Source: Macrostomum hystrix (Eukaryota; Animalia; Platyhelminthes). From it: a stretch of DNA of 64,000 nt. Both the position numbers and the translations under genes were made by a program. The stretch is taken from assembly GCA_950097015.1 (NCBI GenBank), contig CATNEN010000039.1, positions 14,570,001 through 14,634,000 of the forward strand, in the 5' to 3' direction. This document shows, one piece after another, positions 49,301-60,700 of this stretch; the first letter of the stretch is position 1, and every line of letters begins with the position of its first letter. Under the pieces are notes generated by a model that made no database searches, was not told the origin of the DNA, and saw nothing but the letters and a program-made list of their open reading frames with translations.

Positions 49301-52300
49301 ACATACAGGTGTCATTATCGCAGATTGTCACTCACATACAGGTGTCATTATCGCAGATTGTCACTCGAATACAGGTGTCATTATCGCAGATTGTCACTCA
49401 CATACAGGTGTCATTATCGCAGATTGTCACTCACATACAGGTGTCATTATCGCAGATTGTCACTCACATTCAGGTGTCAATATCGCAGATTGTCACTCAC
49501 ACACAGGTGTCATTATCGCAGATTGTCACTCACATACAGGTGTCATTATCGCAGATTGTCACTCACATACAGGTGTCATTAACGCAGATTGTCACTCACA
49601 TACAGGTGTCATTATCGCAGATTGTCACTCACAGGTGTCATTATCGCAGATTGTCACTCACATACAGGTGTCATTATCGCAGATTGTCACTCGAATACAG
49701 GTGTCATTATCGCAGATTGTCACTCACATACAGGTGTCATTAAAGCAGATTGTCACTCACATACAGGTGTCATTAAAGTAGATTGTCACTCACACACAGG
49801 TGTCATTAAAGCAGATTGTCACTCACATACAGGTGTCATTATCGCTGATTGTCACTCACATACAGGTGTCATTAAAGCAGATTGTCACTCACATACAGGT
49901 GTCATTAAAGCAGATTGTCACTCACATACAGGTGTCATTAAAGCAGATTGTCACTCACACACAGGTGTCATTAAAGCAGATTGTCACTCACATACAGGTG
50001 TCATTATCGCAGATTGTCACTCACAGGTGTCATTATCGCAGATTGTCACTCACATACAGGTGTCATTATCGCAGATTGTCACTCACAGGTGTCATTATCG
50101 CGGATTGTCACTCACATACAGTTGTCATTATCGCAGATTGTCACTCACAGGTGTCATTATCGCAGATTGTCACTCACACACAGGTGTCATTATCGCAGAT
50201 TGTCACTCACACACAGGTGTCATTATCGCAGATTGTCACTCACATACAGGTGTCATTATCGCAGATTGTCACTCACACACAGGTGTCATTATCGCAGATT
50301 GTCACTCACATACAGGTGTCATTAACGCAGATTGTCACTCACAGGTGTTATAATCCTATTTTGCAAGTCAATAAAATGTGTCACAAAGACAAATTCATCA
50401 TAGTTTTAGGTAGCTCATAAAAACACAGCTTTTCACCTGATGAAAGAAAGGCTTAGCATGCTTCTCTCCGGTGAGAAAAATGGCCGCATCAGCGTCGGCC
50501 AGTGCCTCGGCAAATCGGCCCTGCTTCACGTAGCAATTGGCCCGATTCTGATAGAGCAGCTCAAAGTCTTTGGCAATCTCAATGCCGCGCGTATAGCAGT
50601 CAACAGCCTGATCGTAGTTGGCCAATTTGAACTGGGCATTGCCGCGATCCTTCCACTCGGCTGCCCGGCGCCGGTTGCGCTCGCGACGATCGGCTCGTTC
50701 GGTGGCGTCGCGTTCAATCTCCCGCATGAAGGCAGCCTCCGAGGCGCCTAACGGGCGTTTAGTTTCTTTTTAAAGCATCAACTGGGAAACTAATAATTTC
50801 TTCATTACACTACTATGAGTAGGATTTATTGGCAACTGCTTTTCATAATTTTTTCTACAAAAACTATAATAAAAAAGTTTACTAATTTAGAATGAGAAAA
50901 CCAGAGGTGAGTCGTGACAAATAATAACCTAGAGCTTTGTTATAACCTTAAACGTAGCATAACGTGTAATTTTGCTTGCAAAGCACAAAGGACACAAATT
51001 GTTTAAGTGGAATCGAGAATCGAACCCATGACCTTTAAGTCGCGAGTCCGACGTACTAACCACAAGGCTACAACCTCACTGGACATAAATATGGGTGTGT
51101 GCATTTACACCAAAAAGGTAACGTATTCAAGTGGACAAACAACTAAATATGGCTAAATCTGTCTATGTTATGCTGCCCAAAATTGGACTATTTAAGGCAA
51201 ATATAGTTTTTTCAAACAAACCTGGCAGACTTCCATTTGAAGAATCCATATTGATGACAGTTTTGTTGGTTTCTGAAAAAGAGGTAACGTGAGTTTGTAC
51301 TTAAAGTTTTATGAAAATCATAGGTCTATCGATGGTTTTTAATTCAGTGTAAAGAAGGTCCAGAAAGGACAAATAATCTTACTTACTGTGTCTCAAATTT
51401 TCCTGCATTCACACATTTTCAAACATTTCACAGGCCAGGCCGTCAAAAAGACATAATCAAATTCAAATTTATCCATATGTCAGAGTTATATATAACAAAA
51501 AATGTGTAACTTTCCATAACAATTGTATCACATGCATTATGCACATTACTCTTATATGGATACATGTACAATAAGATATGTAGTTTGCTCTTTACAATAC
51601 TATAGTACTATTTGTAATATTCCAATCTAACATGTGCTCGGAATGCTAGCTGTGCCTAGAACCGCATGCATTGGCCCAACCAATTATCTGCCTGCAATGT
51701 GTATGAGTACATCAATATGCCAATTGATAGTTGCACCACCCCCTGGTTTGCTCAAATAAAAAGACGCATGCTTGGCCAAACTGGGGCGTTACAATTCTTC
51801 GCACCACACTAAACTACTCTTGTGCGGACTTCATACTTTACACTATTCTATGCACTTCATGAATCATAGTTCCCATTGTTGGCAGTCTGAAGTGTATTCA
51901 CATATCCTCTTTGTCATTAGACCCCCATTAGGCTCTCTACACCTCATAGCCATCCACATATCCCAATAAACATGTTTGTGGCTTTGAAGTCTTCAGGGGC
52001 TTGAGTTTTTATAGAATTTTTATAGAATTTATAGAATTTTTATAGAATTAGTTGTTTAAGAGGAATTAGGAATCAACAAGGATTGCATATGCAACTAAGC
52101 AAATGTTATAGACAACTAAGCACATAAAATGTTAATTGCCATGACAATCAGAACAAACAACTATATAACTTTTAAATGTTTTTAGAAGCCAGGCCAAGCC
52201 TATGAAGGGTTCAGCACCAAGAACCACTAAAAGGAAGAATTGGAACTAGGCCCTATTTTTTACATAATTTATTATAGGGTGGTGTTTGTTGAAAATAATA

Positions 52301-53410
52301 AACAGTGCAGCTATATAACTCTTTGCTGCCTCTAATTATATTATTCCACATGATTTCTGTATAATTTCCACATTGTTTTTAGCAAATTTTAGCACACAAA
52401 TTTTATAGCAACAGTTAGAGCAATGGTATGCTGGCAGACAAAACAACTATTTTGAAAAAGGATAAGAACTGTAAGAACATATTATTCAAAAACTTTTTTA
52501 TTACAGAAAGTGTATTTATGATGATAAATGTTTATATAAAAATAATTAGTTTTTTTAGCATCATTCTTAGAAATACTTAGAAATCTTAGAAATCAGAATT
52601 TTGAGATGGTCTTTTAAGAATAATATTTTAGTCTTGATGGCTTTAGCTTTCATGGACAATTGTGTTGTTTGCTATGCTGTTGTTATAGCTAAGCAGCATG
52701 CCATTCAGTGTGACAGATGTGACTATTGGCAATGTTTGGAAATGGAAATGTTTGGTTCCAGCCTTGTATATTTATAGGCTAGGCCCAGCTACTTGAAAGC
52801 TCCAAATCTTTTATAAAAAGCCTAGCATTCTAACAAATTATAAATAAAAAGATGTTTACAAAATATTTCAATACAAAGCTTGATAACATAATTAGTTATT
52901 CCGACTAATGCCTATGTAATCATATCACCTTGCTCCAAAAGCAAGAGTATATCATATATTGGCAGACAAAACAACTGTATTGTGTATATTTGTAGATGAA
53001 AAAGGGACAGACGAAATGACCATCAACCAAAGCAATTTGTCAAAGGAGCTACATGTTAGCCACCCAATGAAATTTTAGACTGAAAAGTGCTGAATGGACA
53101 GAGAGATAAATGGAAACCATTCAGGAATTTGTGTGCAGAACAATGCAAAAAATATGTAGAAAATCATGTGCGATAAGTCAAGTACTTCTCATCAAATCTA
53201 GCTAGCTAGGTCTATCTTAGATAAATGAAAAAAACTAATTTAAAACTTACTTGTTACTAGGTCATCAGCATTATCTTCGATGCGCTTAAGAAGTTGATCA
53301 GCTCTTTCAAGAGCTTTTGGATCATTAGATGTCGCAAGTTGTTTTATACATTCAGATACATCCTCAATTTTTTTCAGTGCCTCAAGATCTCCACTGTTTT
53401 GATTTGCCAT
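46329..53410 (-). CDS. TTC12: Tetratricopeptide repeat protein 12 (TPR + ARM), 736 aa
   Basis: Exons 53410-53251, 51272-51222, 50747-50437, 48433-48035, 47899-47282, 47000-46329 (2211 nt). AFMREIERDATERADRR, three TPRs (WKDRGNAQFKLANYDQAVDCYTRGI..LYQNRA), LFRAKSGFSLL, LLGNAALCLGHC, NCAILCGKLA..RERLRQLDGINIL. Confidence 0.88.
48458..50348. repeat. 33-bp (29-bp variant) minisatellite filling TTC12 intron 3
   Basis: (GTGTCATTATCGCAGATTGTCACTCACATACAG)n, about 58 units. Confidence 0.97.
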
Positions 53411-54200
53411 ATTTAAAAATGTTTATAATTAGATACAGAAAGTTCAAACAGATATTAGAAGTAACACAACACTATGCGAGCTTTAGTCAAGAAAAATCAC
53501 ATACGGATCAATAGATTAACTAGCTGTCATAGGCTAATTTGTCTTGAAGCAGCGAACGAAAAAATGTATGAATCTATTGTTTTCATCTGAAGCTAATACT
53601 AAAAAAAAGCTGTGAAATGGTAGGCCCAGGCATATAATAAAGATTTAAGTTGATCAAAACAGACAGAACAAAAACAGGCAGAAATAGACTGAGACTGATC
53701 ATAGTGAACTTATGAAACGAACATCTGTACGCCTTTCAAACACAAGTGTATTTCCCAGAAAAGGTACATTTTTGGCAAAAAAATAAAAAACTATAAACAA
53801 AAAACAAAATTTTAAATTTGCTAAAATAGTTTGCGTTTTTTTACTTTTAATTAAAACTTTCTTTTTGTATTTTTGTTAACATACTGATTCCAGATTGTGA
53901 TGTGTTCGAAGTTGACTTTTTCTATGAATGAACCCAGTCGTCAAATTTGTTTAAAGCCAGCGAACTTGTAGGCTAGTAAAAACACTCCAACTGACCATGT
54001 TTCCAGTTAGTACTAATTTATAGTACTAATTTATAATTGTTATAAAACGTATATATTAAATAAGGACAATAAATTATTAAAATATTTTACAGAAAACGTT
54101 TTTTACACGTCGAGCTTAGCTTAGAAACAATTGTGCTGATTCTAAAAGAGATAATTAACAATGCAAATATTATTTTATCGTTTATCTTTATTGTAATTTT
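53411..54200. promoter_or_regulatory. Probable bidirectional promoter region between TTC12 and ALDH1L
   Basis: The divergent ATGs are 1.35 kb apart; AT-rich but CpG-retaining; candidate 5'UTR donor AAG|GTACAT at about 53764. Confidence 0.5.
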
Positions 54201-54764
54201 TAGACTTTGCTATGTTCGCTGTAAGAGTATTAAAATCATTATTTCATATCAATAATATCTAACAGAAAAAAATATTATGCCTGAAGTGGCTAGTTGCCCT
54301 AAAAACCTATCAAGATTAGAAAACAAAAACATAGTTAGCATTTTATGTCTTAGCAAAAATTTTGCCTCAATATTTTATATGCCCATCTGCCCATCAAAAT
54401 GCCATAGTTATTGACCAGAGTATGCAATGAGTATGAAATGGCTGGCTGTTGAGGCAAAACCTGCTTTTTATCCCTTTTAATTTGAATAAATTATGTATAA
54501 TATATTTTTGTACTATACTAAATGTATTATATTCGAATAAATTAAATGAAAGGGTATGATGAATTTATTGCTAGTTGCTTCCCAAATAAAATAATTAGCT
54601 TTCTTTTCCTTTCTTGTTTTTTTTATTTATTTAAAAAATTTAAAAGGTAATTTTAAATAAAATTATAATTAAAAATAAATATAGTTTTTTCAGAGACTGC
54701 CTTTCCTTTGCAGCCTTTCTTTAACTCAATCAAAAAAATATTAATCTGTCACTAAAATATAGAA

Positions 54765-57700
54765 ATGAAAATTGCCATTATTGGACAAAGTGCATTTGGT
54801 GCTGATGTTTTCAAACTCTTGAAGTCTAAAGGCTATGACATTGTTGGTGTTTTCACCATACCTGACAAAGATGGCAAAGAAGACATCCTTGGTAAGATTT
54901 CACTATTTTATTGAAATTGAAAGTGATTCCTTATCTTATCTAGCATGTTGACCAGGTTGAATATCAATATTGAACTTTATTCTTGCAATGTATTTTAATT
55001 TTTGTCCTTTGCAGCCCAAACTGCTGCGGCTGCCAATGTACCAGTGTTCAAGTATGCCCGTTGGCGTGTTAAGAACCAGGTAGGACTCTAGTCCTTTCCT
55101 ACCTGGTGGCTAGCATTTTCTAGCCAAACTTGACTATCATTGACTTTCTAGCCAATCATCGCAGATTGATCTAAATACTAGTAGCTATGAAAAAACCTTA
55201 TAACAATTTCATTCAGGTCATTCCTGAGATTTTCGAAGAATATAAATCTCTTGGCGCCGAGCTGAACGTCCTTCCATTCTGCTCCCAGTTTATCCCAATG
55301 GAGATCATCACGCATCCCAAGCATCAGAGCATTGTCTATCACCCGTCCATTTTGCCAAGGCATCGCGGCGCCTCCGCTATCAACTGGTTAGACATGGAAA
55401 TCCATGATTGTTCTCCATATAATTGTAGCTTATTTAGAAACAAATTATCTGCCTATATGTATCGAAAAATGTTTAATTAGAATAGTTTCTTTCTTCAACG
55501 CCGATAGGACGTTAATACACGGCGACGAGATTGGCGGCTTCAGCATCTTCTGGGCCGACGATGGCCTGGACACTGGACCGGTGCTGCTGACCAGGGAGGT
55601 CAAGATTGAACCAGACGACACCCTCAACTCACTGTACAAAAGGTTCTTGTTTCCCGTAGGCGTCACAGCCATGGTGAGACTTTTACATGCAATTCTACAT
55701 CGTAGAAGAAATTTTAAAATGAAAATTCAATTATAAAACGGCTTTTAATTAAGGTTGAAATTAATTTCTCGAACTAGGTAAAAAATTAGAGAACATGGTT
55801 TAAGAGCGACTCTCTACTTTGCAACCAAAAACAATCCTGCAAGGTTTTCTAATTTTTTCGGTACTAGAGAAATCCACCTTAAACTGGTTTAAACCGGCTC
55901 AACTGACTATACCGACTGTAGTGTTTGTCTAGTGAATGTAAGTATATACATTGTGAAATTGCCCTGTGCTAATCACGTGACATTGGTAGCGTCAAGCGAA
56001 AACTTAAATTTTGGGGTTGTGGGTGGCCCAGACCTCTAGCTATTGCTCGCAGGCACAGACACAAAAACATGCCACACCCCTCACACCCCTGCAAGGCTTA
56101 CCTGTACACTGCAGCTATCGTGTGCGCATTGCAAGGTGGATCGATTTTCAAACACCATAGATAACCCGAACCGAACTCTACTTTAGCTAGCAATATCTGG
56201 AGGTACTTGTTATTGCTTATAGTTTAAAGGAGAAGTACATAAACAATTACAGTGTAAAGTAAATTTGATAATTTATTAATCGCTTGTAAACTATGCGAGT
56301 CTAAGATAAGCTACGCATTTTGCCTGTACTTAAAAAACGCTCCAAATGACTGTCAATAAGCTCGATAAAAAAGTAACTAGTTAAAGATAAGAATAGCTAA
56401 AAGTTTTTTTTAATTAACAAACTGGCTACTTAAATTAACTAACGGTAAACTAAGTCAGAAAGGTGAGACTTGCGCGAGAACCGAGAAAACACGAGGTGAC
56501 TAAAGCCTAAAGTGAGCGACTTTATATTTGGCGATGTACACCAGAGAGTGTACATCGCATTGCACAATTTACGAAGCCAACTTACGACACGATGCGATAA
56601 TGAATCACCGTACACCTTACGCCGCACCGCACCGCACTAACTAATAGGCCAACTAAAGTGGCTAGCAGATAATAGTAACTTTGTGAGTTTGCAATAAAAA
56701 CCCTGACAGACAATGAGGTTGTAACGGTGTGTTAGCAGCTGACAGACAATGAGGTGTTGGGGTGGGTCAGCAGCTGACACACTGATGTGTTGGGGTGAGC
56801 CAGCAGCTGACAGACAATGAGGTGTTAGGGTGGGTCAGCAGCTGACAGACACTGAGGTGTTGGGGTGAGCCAGCAGCTGACAGACAATGAGGTGTTGGGG
56901 TGAGTCAGCAGCTGACAGACAATGAGGTGTTAGGGTGGGTCAGCAGCTGACAGACACTGAGGTGTTAGGGTGGGTCAGCAGCTGACAGACAATGAGGTGT
57001 TGGGGTGAGCCAGCAGCTGACAGACACTGAGGTGTTGGGGTGAGCCAGCAGCTGACAGACACTGAGGTGTTGGGGTGAGTCAGCAGCTGACAGACACTGA
57101 GGTGTTGGGGTGAGCCAGCAGCTGACAGACAATGAGGTGTTAAGGTTGGGTCAGCAGCTGACAGACAATGAGGTGTTAGGGTGGGTCAGCAGCTGACAGA
57201 CACTGAGGTGTTGGGGTGAGTCAGCAGCTGACAGACAATGAGGTGTTAGGGTGGGTCAGCAGCTGACAGACACTGAGGTGTTGGGGTGAGTCAGCAGCTG
57301 ACAGACAATGAGGTGTTAGGGTGGGTCAGCAGCTGACAGACACTGAGGTGTTGGGGTGAGCCAGCAGCTGACAGACAATGAGGTGTTAGGGTGGGTCAGC
57401 AGCTGACAAACACTGAGGTGTAGGGGTGAGTCAGCAGCTGACAGACACTGAGGTGTTGGGGTGAGCCAGCAGCTGACAGACAATGAGGTGTTAGGGTGGG
57501 TCAGCAGCTGACAGACAATGAGGTGTTAGGGTGGGTCAGCAGCTGACAGACACTGAGGTGTTAGGGTGGGTCAGCAGCTGACAGACACTGAGGTACTGAG
57601 CTTATCTATCAAGCAGCCAAACCCGACTGCCATTCAGGGCGAGGCCGTCGACTTGATCGCTGCGGGCAAAGCACCTCGGCTTGTTCAACCCAGCGAGGGC

Positions 57701-60700
57701 GCCACCTACGATCCCAAGATGACTCAGCAGCTGGCCCGCATCGACTGGGCGTCAACCGGCGCCACTGCCAAGCAGTTGCACAATTTCATTCGCGGCTGCG
57801 ATCGAGTGCCGGGCGCCTGGACGGTTGTCAACGGCGAGAAAGTCAGCCTGTTCGGCAGCAGCCTGTGGAATGGAGCCGAGCCAGACGCGGCAGCTTCGCC
57901 CGGCCAGGAGCTGCTCATTGAAGGCTACGCTGAAGGCGGTCGTCGGGCGCCCGTCGTGCACGCCAGCGGGTTGCTGCTGTTCGGACTGGATGGCGCCGGC
58001 GTCAGCGTGTCGACAGCCAGACTAGAGGCGTCGGGCAAGACTTTGCCTGCCAAGCAGCTGGGATTAGCGCCTGGACAGGTGCGCGACCTGTTCGATTTTT
58101 ATCTGGTTCCCACGGATCCTAAGATATGGGAAGACGGCTTACTTAGGATTCCAATTATTGGGAAGACAGCTTTTGAACTTATCCCATTCGTCACGCATTC
58201 CACCAGGCTTCAGCCGGACTGTCCGACCTGACCGAAGCCGAGTCGGCGATGAAACCGGAGCTGCAGCGGATTTGGCGCGGCATTCTGGCCCGCGAAGGTG
58301 ACCTGCCCGACGATCTAGACTTCTTCAAAGCCGGCGCCGGCTCCATGGACGTCACCCGGCTGGTTGAGGAGATAAAAAATTCTCTACAAGTGTCGCTTGG
58401 GAACGAAGAAGTTTACATGGCAACTACGCTAGGCGAGATGTTCGCGCTGGTTGTGCAACGCAGCCGAGCCGGCGCTGGCGGTGGCGCGACCTTCGAGTAC
58501 GACGCTGTGCGGCTGCACGTCAACGGCATGAACGTTACCTTTCCCCGGCAGGCCTTTATCAATAATCGATTTGTTGATGCGGCCAGCGGCAAGACCAGTC
58601 CCACTGTGAATCCCTTCACGGAGGAGGTCAGTCGGCTGCGGAGGGAGGGCTTGGGGGCTTGACGTGCAAATTACGCCATTGAGGGCCAGGAGTCAGCGAT
58701 ATGGGCAGAATTGCCTCCTTGCTGGCTGCGGGTCTAGTGTCACCAAATCCTTGCAATTTTCACAGTTTTGAGGGCCAAGCCGCAAGGCGCAGTGAGTGTG
58801 TACTCATACGCTGCTTGATGATGAGAAAGTCTGGGCAGATGTACACAGGTGTGCATATAGTTCAGCGGAATCGGCATTCGGAACTGGCAACTCACCGAGT
58901 ACTGGTCGACTGTTGCAAATGAAGCTTCATTCCCGATATTTTTTATTTTAGGATTCCTAAAATCCCATCCTGATCCTCTATTTTAAGGATTTTTCAAATC
59001 CCATCTATTTGGGGATCGCGCGAAAATCCCATCCAGATCCTCTATTTGGGATCGCGGAAATCCAGTCCAGATCCTCTATTTGGGATCGCGGAAATCCAGT
59101 CCAGATCCTCTATTTGGGATCGCGGAAATCCCATCCAGATCCTCTATTTGGGATCGCGGAAATCCAGTCCAGATCCTCTATTTGGGATCGCGGAAATCCA
59201 GTCCAGATCCTCTATTTGGGATAGCGGAAATCCAGTCCAGATCCTCTATTTGGGATAGCGGAAATTCCATCTAAAGCAAATCCCATCCAGATCCTATTTT
59301 TAGATCTCTTTTATCCCAAACAATTTCCTTAGTTTAGATTCAGTTAATGCACCAGATGACAGCAGTTCACGAGTGTCAGTTATTTCTCAATCAACAACAG
59401 GTGATCTGCGAAGTGGCCTACTGCGACAAAGCCGACGTTGACGCCGCCGTAGCCGCCGCAGCCGAAGCCTTCTACAACGGCGAGTGGGGCCGCATGAGTG
59501 CGCGCGATCGCGGCCGTCTGATGTACCGCCTCGCTGACCTCATGGAGGCTCACAAAGAAGAGCTGGCCACAATTGAAAGCCTGGACTCCGGCGCTGTGTA
59601 CACGCTGGCCCTCAAAACTCACATCGGCATGTCCATCGACTCATTCCGCTACTTCGCCGGCTGGTGCGACAAGATACACGGCCAAACCATTCCTATTAGC
59701 CACGCCAGGCCAAACCGGAACCTAACACTCACCATACGAGAGCCGATTGGAGTCTGCGGCATTGTGACTCCCTGGAACTATCCACTCATGATGCTGGCTT
59801 GGAAGATGTCCGCCTGCCTGGCTGCTGGAAACACTGTGGTGGGTGAGGGGGTGGATGCTGGAAAAACTGTGGCGGGTGAGGGGGTGGATGCTGGAAAAAC
59901 TGTGGCGGGTGAGGGGGTGGATGCTGGAAAAACTGTGGCGGGTGAGGGGGTGGATGCTGGAAAAACTGTGGTGGGTGAGGGGGTGGATGCTGGAAAAACT
60001 GTGGCGGGTGAGGGGGTGGATGCTGGAAAAACTGTGGCGGGTGAGGGGGTGGATGCTGGAAAAACTGTGGCGGGTGAGGGGGTGGATGCTGGAAAAACTG
60101 TGGCGGGTGAGGGGGTGGATGCTGGAAACACTGGTGGGTGAGGGGGCGGATGCTGGAAACACTGTGGTGGGTGAGGGGGTGGATGCTGGAAACACTGCTC
60201 GGTGAGGGGTGGATGCTGGAAACACTGGTGGGTGAGGGGGCGGATGCTGGAAACACTGTGGTGGGTGAGGGGGTGGATGCTGGAAACACTGCTCGGTGAG
60301 GGGTGGATGCTGGAAACACTGGTGGGTGAGGGGGTGGATGCTGGAAACACTGGTGGGTGAGGGGGTGGATGCTGGAAACACTGGTGGGTGAGGGGGTGGA
60401 TGCTGGAAACACTGGTGGGTGAGGGGGTGGATGCTGGAAACACTGGTGGGTGAGGGGGTGGATGCTGGAAAAACTGTGGCGGGTGAGGGGGTGGATGCTG
60501 GAAAAACTGTGGCGGGTGAGGGGGTGGATGCTGGAAAAACTGTGGCGGGTGAGGGGGTGGATGCTGGAAAAACTGTGGCGGGTGAGGGGGTGGATGCTGG
60601 AAACACTGTGGCGGGTGAGGGGGTGGATGCTGGAAAAACTGTGGCGGGTGAGGGGGTGGATGCTGGAAACACTGGTGGGTGAGGGGGCGGATGCTGGAAA

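Noticed and set aside
51005-51073. tRNA genes here and at about 14625-14690, 20735-20800 and 19005-19066
   Set aside because: A/B boxes are present but there is no complete cloverleaf; they match SINE heads.
54211-54764. Upstream mitochondrial targeting exon (ALDH1L2-type)
   Set aside because: The candidate ATG at about 54212 hits a stop or is out of phase, and an in-frame TAA precedes ATG 54765; not supportable without cDNA.
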